A stretch of DNA of 64,000 bases, from the NCBI GenBank assembly GCA_951406725.2, contig OX597817.1, positions 90,830,001-90,894,000 on the forward strand, in the 5' to 3' direction. The DNA is from Octopus vulgaris. Taxonomy: Eukaryota. Made by a program: the position numbers and the translations under genes. Under the pieces are notes generated by a model. The model saw only the letters and a program-made list of their open reading frames with translations. It made no database searches and was not told where the DNA came from. Shown here piece after piece: positions 51,461 through 64,000 of this stretch (position 1 is the first letter of the stretch; each line of letters begins with the position of its first letter).

Positions 51461-52899
51461 ACACACACATACATAAACACACATACATACATGCAAGGAT
51501 ATAGTTGAAGATACTTGCTCAAGGTACCATGCAGCGATCGAAGTCAGAATCATGTGGTAGTGAGGTGAAATTCTTAACCTCACACCCATGCCTTTACCTA
51601 TGCTAATTATATCAAACCACTGAAAAGCTAATTAAAAACAAATGTACCATGAAGAAAAAGCACATATTAGATAATGACTGCTAATATTTTCATATTTCTA
51701 TAACATATTTCATTATTTTCACATTATAAGCATAATATACTTTTATGCTCTATTGCTATCTATTTCACATTTTCTGCACGCTATTCAGGCATTTAAACAT
51801 ATGTAATTAATTTTTTAAAGTAATTCACTGCATTAACTTATATTTATGTTTATAAAGTATAGAATATACTAATGACATCTTACATTGTTAGCTGCAAATA
51901 TTTGGTACTTCCCATTTCAGAACTTGGCGTTTAGCACTCTTGGGGAATCTAATGATTTTCAAAGTCATTTTGTTCTTTCTTTTTTTCTTCTTTTTTTGAT
52001 GCAACAATATAAGCAAGTTCAAAAATAACAAATAATAAAAATAGTTTTTTTTTTTAATTAGATAATAAACCACATATATGCACAAAAAAATATCAAAAGA
52101 TGAACAATTAAAAAATATAAACAAAGATAAAAATAAAAATAATTTTAAAATATTACAAAATCATTAATTTATTCCGATGGGATAAAAAAAACTTGAAGTT
52201 GTTAATTGCTATTATATATTAACCATGACGAGACTAAGAATATAAAATTGTTCCGTTTTGAAAGTCATAATCAATAAATTGCAAAACTGGTCATTAAAAA
52301 TAATTTTATTTAGAGTTTATTTTAAAACTTTTATTTTAAAATCTGATTCAACATAGAAATAATATAGAAAGACAAAACTGCTGATGTTTAAGTTTTCAAG
52401 AGTGTAAAAAAAAAATGTGGTGTGTATGTGTGTGTGTGTAGAAAAATTTTCAAGATTGTTAAAGGGAGATGAATATTTAATGAGATATTACTGGAAAAAA
52501 ATAAAGTAAACCTGCCACTTATTGTTAGCTTTAAATACATAGAACCACACATCCATATAGATAAACACTATTCCTTACAGAGAAGGAATGCTGCAGTCAT
52601 GTGTGTGTGTGTGTGTAGAAACACATACACATACACACAACTTTCTACAGAGATCTAAATATTTAAAAACACATACAGATAAATATATACACACCTTCAT
52701 GATAAATACAAATGCGCACTCACACATACAGGATAATGGGCCTTGTAATGACTTCAACAATCATTGCACTACATCAACTAAACTACCTACCCATTTATGC
52801 CTACCCAGTGTAAATAAATGGATATACCACACAAGAACAACAATACAGTTATTATTTTCAGGGAGCATCAGCATGGCTCTATACAGGATAAAGTTATAA

Positions 52900-55800
52900 A
52901 CACACTCATAGCCTCAGTGTGCCATATTATTAGATATTGTGTCTGACTCTCTCATACATAGATCATCATCATCTGTTAAGGTCAGTTCTCCATTCTGGCA
53001 TGAGTTGGATGGTTTGCCACCTCTCCTCTTCAACATATTCAAGCACAGCATTAGCAATCAGTCTCTGTTCATCAGTAAGTGTTGCAATGCCTGGATGATT
53101 GAGGTCTTCATGATGGCCAAGATGCAGTACTCCAATAAGTTCAGGCAGCCCAATTGCTAAACAATTAATGCCATTATCTATCAGAATTGCATCAATTGAG
53201 TGCAGTGCCATGTTTTCTGTGTGTTCTGCATTAAAACCTTGGTGCAAGATATCTTCAATCATGGATTCCTTGTAAGTGGTCTACAGGTGAAGAGCATTTG
53301 CAGAGTTCATATACATGCACAGGGCAGCAAACATAACATGCAACTGTAAGGGCATCCGACAGGCAGCAGCTTCTAGCAATGCATGTTCCAGTGTGTCATC
53401 ATTTGAGAGAAGACCATATCTCAGGCATGCTGCCTTAACTATTGGCAAGATTTCTCCTTCTACAGTGTGCAAATCCTGGAAGTTCATGGCGCCTGAAACA
53501 TGCAGCAGCAACATTCACAAGTGAATTTTTTCTGTGTCTCTAGGGCTCACTGTATACATTCTACTGATGATATTAGTATTCCTTTGCCTTGATGTCCATG
53601 TTCTAGTGCGCTCATTAAACACATAACACAGCGGAATGTCAGTGTGGAAGTGGTTCCTTGCATCATCATTGTCAAGCTCATTCAGTTTGAACCATGCAGT
53701 GAGGGTAGTGTCATGGTCCCTCTCTGCTTGAGCAGCTTGCTGAGTGCTGTCTCTGTGAAAGTAAACTCTTTGCTGGCCTTCAAGATGTACTGCAAGTCTG
53801 TAGACAGTGTGAGATGCATCAGGTAGCTTGAACTCTGACAGTTTCCACATAGCTTCCAGAGAAGAAACATATCGGCAAGCAAGATAATTAGTAATTTCAT
53901 TGTGAGCTTGATTCTGCTTATGATCCGCTACTGTCTCTTACTTCAACAGAAGCACAGTTATGTCCCTTGTACATGTATTTGAAGATATATTTAAGGCTTT
54001 TCACGGATAAACAAATTTCTACATTAATGTGAGCTCTGGGCTTTTTCAATAGGTAGGCACTGTATGGCACAACGTTCCTGTTGTCAACTGAGTGATGTCA
54101 AACTTGAGCTGTGATTCCAGTATAGCATCTTCTGTACTCTAGATAGCTATTCAAATTCAGAAGCATTTCATCTCTGTAGTTCTTTGGGAATTTCTTTTGA
54201 TATGAACCATTTTCCATGCAAGGGGAGGAAGGATTATCTGTTCCACAAGGGCCATGTGTCATGCATTTTTTTTCTAAATCATGCAAGAGTGGATCATCAT
54301 TGGCATCAGGGATTTCAGCTGTCACGATCCTATCTATGTCATCACTGTTTCTGAGTTTGTCCTCGTTTCTCAACACTACCAACATGTGGCAGTGGGGAAG
54401 ACCTCTCTTCTGAAACTCAATGACATGGACATGAGCCACTGGCACTGCAAAAATGTGTCTATCCTTTATGTCCCTCATAAGTTCTGCAAGGTGTGACTTC
54501 TGCACTCGGGCAACTAAATCTGGCCTATGTTCAGGTGTTTCATTTTGCTGTAGATTATCAACTATCTCAAGGCACTTCAAATTGCAAGTGTAAGGGATGA
54601 ACAAATCTAGCTTAGCACATTTTGAAACAATTAACATGACATCCTGAAAATATTAGTGCATATTCTTTGGACTGCCTGTGAATGAGGAAGGCAGTATCAC
54701 TTGCACTCCTGGTTCAATATTCTCATCTACTCCTGTGTTCAAATAGTCCATCAATCTGTTGTACCTTTTCACTCACAACTAGGTTGGATTGTTCCTAAGA
54801 TATTGCAACCTGCAATCTTCAACCTTGACATATACATCTACAACATACTATTGAAATAATTTTTCAGCTCTATGAATAACACTAAGCCCATCTCTGAATG
54901 TCAGACGATAGCTGTAGTATTCTTGCACTGTCAGACGATTACGCACACATGTCTGGTGTTCCTCAACATGTTGCATCTCAAAATGCCATCCAAATTCCCA
55001 TGGGGAAACAGAATTGGGTAGCTCATAGTGTCAAGTGGCACGACGAGTAAATTATTTTTTTCAGGAGGAGCATCTCTGGAATGCACAATAATGTCTCTAT
55101 TTTCAGGAGGGGCACCAATTTTCTCCAGCAAACATTGTTGCTATTTCATTGCTGATAGGGAAATTGTAGCGTCTAATATCGGATCCTCTCCTGAAACGTA
55201 ACTCAAGTCTCCATATTGGCACGTTGTCTCTTCTGGCTCTCTCCTCTCCTTATTTAACTGCATGCATTTTCTTGTACAATTCTGCATAAGGATTAATTTG
55301 GTGGATAACAACACTTATTTTTCTCATAGTAACAGGGGAACACTCAGAATTTTGAGGTGCATCCATCCTGTGCTGCAGAGCTTCATCCGCATCAATGATG
55401 TATAACTGGCAGTATTGCAGTTGAGCATTAGCAGGATGTAGGTTTGTCATTGTGTGGTTAGTTTGGCCCTGAATGCAGAAGCAATATGGATCCCTTCCTG
55501 GAAGTGCTTCAAGTTTGACTCCAAATGACGCAAAGGAGAAGGTACAATTGTAATTTCTGATATTTCTACGGAATGAAATAAACTCTTGATCAATTCCCTC
55601 AAATAAATTTTTGAGTGTCTCTTGATATGGTTGCAGTGCAGGTATGTTCACTTTTCCATTGAGGCAACAACTGTTATTTTCATTTCTAAACCTAAGCGCA
55701 CCACAGTATTCACATATAATGTTCATTTCTCCTCTGTTAAATTGTTCAGCACTGGCCTATGTCTTCTCACATACTGTCGCTGTATCTGATGCCTCCTTAA

Positions 55801-56750
55801 ATTTTCAATTTCACCAGCATTCATATTTTGAACTCTTTCTCGATATCTTCCCTTTTGGTTTTGCTGATAAATAACCCTATCATGATGACTAATGTTTTCT
55901 ACTCTTTGCTGAAATAAGTTTCTCTACTGCTTATGGTACTGTGCATGCTATTCCTCATTCATATTTTCTCATCTTATTTGTTGTCTCCTCCTATCATGAT
56001 GCAGGTGTTCCTCATGTTGTTCATCCTCCATTGATGCTCATCTCAGCTGCTAGTGTTGCCCGTCTCTCTTTAGGATTTCCTGTCTCTGCTCTTCCCTTAT
56101 CCTCTGTCTGTAGAGCCTCATTCTCGTGCAAGCAGCTTCCAGTTTTTGTTGCCAGTTCATGATGAATGCAGTTTATAAGCACAAAAGAAATACACGATAA
56201 AATGTATACAAAACACAAAAAAATTGATAGAAATGGACTTTTATAGGCAATATAGTTCTTCAATGTTTCACTCAACCCCCCACCTCCTTTAATTTTACTC
56301 AGATTGTTTTCAATTTTGGTGTATCAATGCAGTTCTGAATTTTGATTATTCTCAGGTAATTACATTATCTTGTAAATTAAGAATCTGATGTTATTTAGAA
56401 TTAAAGTTTGAAAATTTGGGTAATTTTAGCCCATCATCAGACAGCAAAGCATTAACAGTTTGTTACCATGACAACTGCATGTTGTTTCTGGATGTGTGCA
56501 CCCACACAAGTCAGAGGCACCCGCGATAAAAAAAAAACCTCCACATTTTGAGTAACATTTTATTTCAATTTCAAAATTGTTTTATTTATTTATTTTATTA
56601 GATAGATATATTTTTCCAAAGTAGATTACATTTGAATAACATTTGATTTGAATTTCAAAATTTGTTTCATTAGATATATAGATAAAAATCCCATCCCTGA
56701 TTTACAGTTTATACATATCTAAACATGTATGTATAGATATATGTCACACG

Positions 56751-56797
<47 letters not shown>

Positions 56798-57283
56798 TCT
56801 ATCACCACTCTCTCTCTCCCTCTGACTCTTTCTCTCTCACTACCTTTCTGTCCCTCCTTTGTATTGAAAAGTAAAAGTAACATCGAAAATTTACTGTGGT
56901 TATTTCTCTTTGATTTAACAATGTGTCGATATATTTATCTATCTACTCGTCTTCTGTTTCACACACATGCACACTTTCTATCACCCCTCTCTCTCCCTCT
57001 CCCTCGCACTCTGACTCTTTCTCTCTCACTACCTCTCTGTCCCTCCTCTACTGAAAAGTATAAGTAACATTGACACATTATTAAATCAAAGACAAATTAC
57101 CACAGTAAATTTTCGATGTCATTTTTACTTTTCAAAACAGAGGAGGGATAGAGAGGTAGTGAAAGAATGTGCAACATTCTGTGTGTGTTTATAGATAGAG
57201 AGAGACACACATATTTATATGAAGAGCGTAATGGATGGACGAACTAAGTAACTAAGGAAGGAACAAACAGAATTATAATACGA
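52900..57283 (-). mobile_element. Decayed Helitron: Rep (HUH) region pseudogene, helicase domain not found
   Basis: Fragmented ORFs in order: CEYCGALRF...CCLNGKV, FRRNIRNYNCTFSFASFG, QLYIID, INPYA, YPILFPHG, VILPSSFTGSP, RPDLVARV, VIEFQKRGLPHCHML (HUH), HGPCG, HINVEIC, YIFKYMYKG (Y2 motif), RLAVHLE, TTLTAWFKLN and SRMYTVSP. The putative 5' end is A|TCGTATTATAATT at 57283. The 3' end was not located. Confidence 0.93.
56790..57165. repeat. Two direct and one inverted copy of a ~100-bp unit in the Helitron 5' region
   Basis: ctctcactacct.tctgtccctcct....tgaaaagta.aagtaacat is at about 56835 and 57023, with the reverse complement at about 57095-57165. Confidence 0.8.
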
Positions 57284-57286
57284 TGG

Positions 57287-57375
57287 TGGTGAGTGATGGG
57301 AACCTCAGCTAGAGTGACGGGATCCTCAACTCAAGTGATGGGATTCTCAACTCGAGTGATGGGACCCTCAACTCT
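57287..57375. repeat. ~21-bp tandem repeat x4 (gagtgatggga.cctcaactc)
   Basis: Read directly; it abuts the putative Helitron 5' end. Confidence 0.85.
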
Positions 57376-58091
57376 TGAAGTCTTGCAGTGGTTCAGTCAG
57401 GACATACAATGTGTGCGTCTGGAGCATTTTAAATCTTCTTGAGCCACACTCCAGATTAACACACAACAAACTAGTATTCACGAATCAAAATGCAAAGAGC
57501 AACAAGAGGAATGTAAAGCATCTGACACTTCCCAGGGGCTTAGTTTTAGGAGTGTCAGCTCTGCTTGACAGATAGAGGAAGACCAGGGTCAAGAAGCACA
57601 CCACAATGCCCAGAGCCTCTCTGCTCAACTCACTCAATGTACAAAAAGAGTGGATGAACTTGAAAGCCCCAAAGGCTTCAAGAAGAAACCACTGCTGAAT
57701 TTGTCATCAGTGATAGATCTAAGAAAGCCATCAAGGAGATAGGCTTGGTAGTTCAAACTAGCTCAAGGTAGCAATGGTTAATAAGAGACTTCAAGTGGAA
57801 CCTTTCCAACAATGAAAACGAGTTCAGTCCTCCCTATCCAACTCAGGCAAAGCATACAAGTTGAGAGGTGAAAGGCTTGTGACCTTGAGATTTCTGATGA
57901 TACAAAAGGGCTTCCAGCTTTGTGATGGATTTAGAAGAGCACCTTTAATTTATATTATAATAAAACGGTAAACTAGTTATCCTGTTTTATTCAGCCCTCA
58001 TATATATATATAAATATATACCACAGTGAAAATATAAGTGTGAAACAAGGTGGAAAAAAGAGTACTCAAATACCAGGGGCAGAGTAATATG

Positions 58092-58201
<110 letters not shown>

Positions 58202-59427
58202 TAAAAATACACTTTAGAAACAAAATAGAACAATGAAGGTTCAACAATACATTGGTACTTTTAATAGGAGAGAACTGTCAATACAAATAATTACACATGA
58301 ATGTATTTGCAATTATATGTCAGTGTGTGCCTGTATATATGTGTATATATGTATATATATATATGTATATGTATATATATGTATATATAAGGATATATAT
58401 ATATATATATGTGTGTGTGTGTATGTGTATATATATATATATATATAGGTACACACATGCACTCATACTCACACACACAACATTGCACCATGGCAGTAGA
58501 TTTATTCCCTGACCCTCGCATATGAAGCTTTGCTTTTCTATATTCTAGTATTTGTTTATTGCATTCAAGTCACTTCATCATCGCCACTGCCACCAATAAC
58601 AACAACAACAATACTCTAACTTCCTCTGCCTCAAAGACTTCATGTAACAAAGAATTTACCGAAGAAAGTTTTTTGGTAAAGCTCATTGGTTCCTGTCTAA
58701 AAGGTTAGATAATTTCCAGAACAATAGATACAGTTATAATGTAATATATATATAGCTGTATTGATTAGAATGAAATCAACAGGATCAATATATGTAGTTA
58801 TATAACCCTAGGACAGAACTAATTGAGCAGATATGTGACCAAAAACATTCTATCTCTGAACATCCTCACTTTTACTAACATGCAGGAACTCGGGAATACA
58901 TTATTCAATATATCCACTGTGTTCTTTTTATGAGATGGTAATGTGTGATTTGAGCAAGATGTAGTAGCTATTTTTAGCAAGTAGAATGACCACATAAAGG
59001 CTTTCCCATTGGTTTGAAGATATTCATATTTAGGTAGATTATATAAATTCACAGAAAACTCATTCTAAATTAATATTAGAAATAATAGCTGACAAGATTT
59101 CTGAGGAGAAATCAACAGATAATTAAACACACATACGTACATATATTAATTTTTTGCAGGTTCCAATTGAATCAAGGTATTTTAATAATAAGTATACCAA
59201 GGTAGGGTCGAGAACAGTATCTCTGTGTATCAACAGTATCTATGGATGCTCATATACGGACTTACCATTTTACTAATATAAATATTCATATGGACAGATC
59301 AAATATACTCAACAATATAAGTACAGATATACATGTAAAATCACATGCAGGGATACTCAGGCATGCAGTTCCCAGTCCACTTTAAGCACCAGGTTCAACA
59401 TAGGGAAGACTCTGGGGGAATTGTTAG

Positions 59428-59468
<41 letters not shown>

Positions 59469-59469
59469 C

Positions 59470-59635
59470 ACGACAGGCTTCTTCCAGTTACCATATACAA
59501 AATCTACTCACAAGGCTTTGGTCAGTCTGAAGCTATAATAGAAGACACTCACCCAAGGTTCCATGCAGTGGGACTGAACTCAGAATCATGTTGTTGGAAA
59601 GCAAGCTTCTTACCACAGAGCCACACTTGCACTCA
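59470..59635 (-). mobile_element. SINE family B head half
   Basis: cgacaggcttct...actcacaaggctttgg...gcagtgggactgaac...cttaccacagagccac. Confidence 0.8.
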
Positions 59636-59930
59636 TTTGCTTTTTTTTTTTTTTGCTTTTTTCTATCTTTCAAATGGTGTTTGCTACATTCCAGATATAG
59701 GTACATTCCCAAAGAAAGAGTTCTGGCACAGTTTCAGACAGAAGGTAGACTCATTCCTTTTGTGCATCCATATTTGGATCAGGGTCACTGACTCTCTATT
59801 TGACACAGTTTGTGGGCTGGAGGTGTATATGTATAAATTTGTTCTGATGATCTGTGCACTGATTTTAACCCCCACCAATGTATCTTTTGCCAGTATCAAT
59901 AAATATACAAATCAAGTTATGATCTTCAAT

Positions 59931-60001
<71 letters not shown>

Positions 60002-61289
60002 CAGCAATATTGTGTATTACAGATTTTGAGAGATCATTCACTATATTGCTTTCCCTAGAAATAGTGGATGATTGAGTGTGGGACTAGCAAGCTTTTATGA
60101 TAGAAAAGCTGATACAATGCAAAGATAGACCAATGTGTAGTACAGCACAGAATAGCAATGACAATATAATATAAAAATAGCATAATATAAAATATATAAC
60201 TTTCTTTAAAGCTCTAATATATGAACATTATTTACAATCCACTCTCCACTATATTGGATTTCTCAAATGGTTAAATAATACATTAAGAAACATAAGGTGA
60301 GATAAAAATATTAGAGAATGAGTTGAGTTCATATATTTTCTCTCTCTAATTTATTTTGAGATTTTAGATCAATACTTAATCTCAAATTGCTTATAGATTC
60401 TTGATTTGAGTATCAGTTTGGGGGCTAATCAAATTGATATTCAAACTAATCAGTTTATTTTCAATTAACTATAAGAGGACTTCATTTTTCAAAATACAAT
60501 CAGCCTTACTGATTTAGAACAGAAAAACAGAAATCAAATTAGTATAACGAAGCATATATGAATATATACATATATACACAACACACACATAAATATATAC
60601 ACATATATACATACATGCATACAAATATGTATATATATACACACAAACACACATATGCACATACATACAAATATATATTCACACACACACATATCAGTAT
60701 TTGTGTATGTGTATTTATGTGCGTGTTTATATATGCACACATGTACACATTGTAATAATGCACAAACCAGGATTGGGCAGAAACTCAGTGTATTCTTAAC
60801 ACACTATTCAGCATTAATTCCTGAGTATCTACATCCTTATACTGGAACTTAGAAAATAATTACAAGTCCACTGGTGCAGGAACCTATAGTATCTTAATAG
60901 TAAAGCTAATGCTTAAGTATTTCAAACGGTAACATGTAAAATAAAGAGAAAAAAAAAGAGTAAATTTAGCATAACTTTAACATGAGTTACAATTGTTTCT
61001 GTAGCATTCTGTTTCAAACCACATTGCATGTAAAAGATTCCATGTGAAAAATTATCACAATATGCATGATTTAATATGCTGGAGTAGCATTTCTAGCATT
61101 AAGAGATATGATTTAATATTAATCTGATAACATGTCACTTCAGCATAATGAATCAAGCATATTGCATAATCTTTCACACAGGATACTTTACATGTAATGT
61201 GGTTAGAAAGGGAGTCATAGAGAAGCAATTGTAATGAATATCAAAATTATGCTAAATTCACACACACACACACACACACACACACGTGA

Positions 61290-61480
61290 AAGCACATGGC
61301 TGGTGCTAAGCTGTATCAGCCTTTGTGTTTCCCTTGGACAACATCGGTCATGTGGAGAGGGGAGAGTAGTATTCATGGTGACTTCTGGTCTTCCACAGAC
61401 AACCTTGCCCAAACTTGTGCCTCAGAGAGGAACCTTCTAGGTGTAATCCCATGGTCATTCATGACTGAAGGAGGTCCTTA
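61290..61480 (+). repeat. Dispersed repeat (SINE/LINE tail-like), also at 27830-27918
   Basis: aacc.tgccca.acttgtgcctcaga..g.aac.ttctaggtg.aatc.catg.tcattcatg.ct.aaggaggtc is shared between both loci. Confidence 0.7.
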
Positions 61481-63568
61481 TATATATATATCCTTGCAAA
61501 CACACCCATCCTTTCATGGTATTTTTTGTCACTAAATAATTGAACTACTGAGAAGATTTATGAGTAGCATGGCAATCTGTTTCTGATTAACCTACGAATG
61601 GAAAATCAAACTGAAGGCTGGCTATTGTGGAGGTCATTGCAGTTTAATGATCATAGAACATATAAGTTTGCAAGCAATGCAAAGTAGAGCTACTGAAGTA
61701 TTTTGGGAGTGGATAACTGATAAATACTACAAAATATAGTTGTTTTACATGAAAGCGAAATTTCTTGTCAGACACAGCTACATACTTGGTGTAAGGAAAT
61801 TGGAGGAAGACATTGAAACTTCCCCTCTGCAAGTTTTTTGGGTTTTTTTCAACAGCAAAGGGAGCTATTTTTGTTGAGAGATAAGCTAACAAAAGCCCCT
61901 TTATTCTGTCTCCCCACATAAACAGTGAATGCCATATAAAATTAAACTGGTATGGAGCTTTCTGAAAGATACATATAGCTTTCGCTAGAAGAAGCAAAAC
62001 ACTTATTTAAAGTTTGATTCTTTGGGATAAATTATACGTCATTATTTAAAAAGGGCTAGAATGACAATGCTAAAACATATTTGAAACAATGGACAACAGT
62101 CAAAATATCATAATGGATGGGTAAATAAGCATCCTTAAAGTGAAACAATGATATCAAATGTAAACAAAGGTATCAACAAATAGAAGAGAGGGAAGGGAAC
62201 ATCACTTTTCAAGTAACCCAGAAAAGGTAAAGGTAAGCTTGCCAAAATTTAATGCAGTTTAAATATGTAGATTACGATAGTTTGGTATTGGATATTCAAC
62301 ATGTACAGTGTTCTTCGTCACTTGAATCACTGTTGTAGGTGGACAGAAGAAATAAATAAACAAAATCCTTTCACTTTTATAAAAAGATTTATATATAGAG
62401 ATTAGAAACGTATGGAAGACCCTACATACAAAAAGAACTATGTCCAATTACGTGGGAGCTCTGGGCAAAATGTTATAGTGCATGACCATTGTTGAGACAT
62501 AAGTAATGTGTGTGTAAAGTTTGGTGAAAATCAATTGAGGATTGTGGAAATGTGTTAGTCATTATACATACACATACTATGATTTATATAGGTGGACAGT
62601 GCAAATAAATAAATAGACAAAATGATTTTAACATGAACGTATTAATTTTTTTCTGTCTGCAGAGAAATGGCTAAAATTTGTCCTGTTTATAATTATACCA
62701 TATGTTACATATATATATATGTGTGTGTGTGTGTGTGTATACACACATATTCACACAGATTTAAATATGCATATATATAAAGTAGACAACAATCTAGGCT
62801 CCATCACTAACCCTATTCTATCTGTTATAGTCTTACGAGCCATCACAGAGGAATTTAAGACAGGCTGCCTATAGGGACACCTTACTTCTCAGTAGACTCT
62901 ATAGTGGATTTAGAGAGGAAAATGCAGAAGCAAAAGCCAAAACTAATCATGAGGCCTGAAGGTAAATCTATCAAAGATTTTAAAATTGGACACACTACAA
63001 TTACTGCCCTGCTCCTGCACAAACACCAGCCCCATACCACTCATAGCTGAACCCGAAACTCATGTTGTAGGCAATCATCCCTTACGCCACAAAAACACCC
63101 TGACCTTTGAGCAAGGGGCATAACTCTAGATGAATTTTCTCTCAGAACTTTTCCCCACAGGTTTTTCCAGTTTGTTACAACACACACAAACCAAATGCAA
63201 CATATCCTGACCTGCAGTAGCAGAGAGCTGTCACCATACTCTTCACACCAGCTCTTCTGATGAGCACTGGGGTAGGGTTTTCTCCTAATTCTAATGTGCA
63301 AAACTTATTGGTAAAATCATTTGAAATGGATCTGTATTGCAGCACTGTAAAGATATTAATATGCACACACAAACATACATACACACACACATACCAGTGT
63401 GCCAGCATGGCCACAGCCTTTGGGCTGAAACATATAAAAGAAAATGTGTGTGTGTGTGCACATACGCATGCACATACATACATACCCATATGTATACTTA
63501 TATGTGTGCATGTGTATATTTTATATATATATATATGTATATATATATCATCATATATCATCATATAT

Positions 63569-63701
<133 letters not shown>

Positions 63702-64000
63702 AACTTGAAATAATTGAAGAAGTATAATAAAACTTAAACAACAACACTTCACTGCCAGCACAACCACCACCAACCATAGTAATAAAACGTACACTAAACT
63801 GAAGTGCCATGAGCCATGGAAGATCTGAAGACGTGATTTCTTTTATTCTGATTTCTACCCAGAGGGCCTACAAAAGGCAAGTTACAATCTGCCATCCGTT
63901 TTCAATGCTGATAGGAACATTTTTTAAACACCACTATCACCACCACCACCACCACTATTATCAGCACTACCAACATCATTACAAATACTGCCATCACTAC

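Noticed and set aside
57480-57950. Purine-rich, coding-looking stretch beyond the Helitron end
   Set aside because: It has stops in all frames and no motif I can assign. It is probably an old transposon fragment but this is unsupported.
59421-60029. 202-aa ORF
   Set aside because: It is stitched from a CA repeat, an antisense SINE B, a poly-T run and a CT repeat, with no domain signal.

Overview
Eukaryotic, AT-rich, microsatellite-dense repeat DNA. The tRNA-derived SINE families and the LINE spectrum look like a coleoid cephalopod (probably Octopus); this is recognition, not a database hit. I find no intact host gene, and almost all ORF-track entries are microsatellite or repeat noise. The window is a layered transposon graveyard. 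It holds four R4/Dong-like RT-RLE LINE fragments, several RTE LINEs, CR1/L2-group and Tx1-like fragments, a Penelope-like element, mariner and Tc1 relics, and a piggyBac-type MITE. It also holds a decayed Rep-only Helitron, non-autonomous Helitron/HINE-like elements and about 30 SINE copies. Four observations stand out. (1) A ~1.2 kb spacerless palindrome (49847-51074) carries an outward-facing type I hammerhead ribozyme fold at the end of each arm. (2) An RTE insertion shows twin-priming geometry: 5' inversion, 65-bp internal duplication and an 11-bp TSD. (3) An RTE family carries a C4HC3 PHD-like finger inside its RT ORF. (4) A SINE shares its 3' tail and (ATT)n insertion context with a Tx1-like LINE. 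Boundaries of old repeats are approximate.
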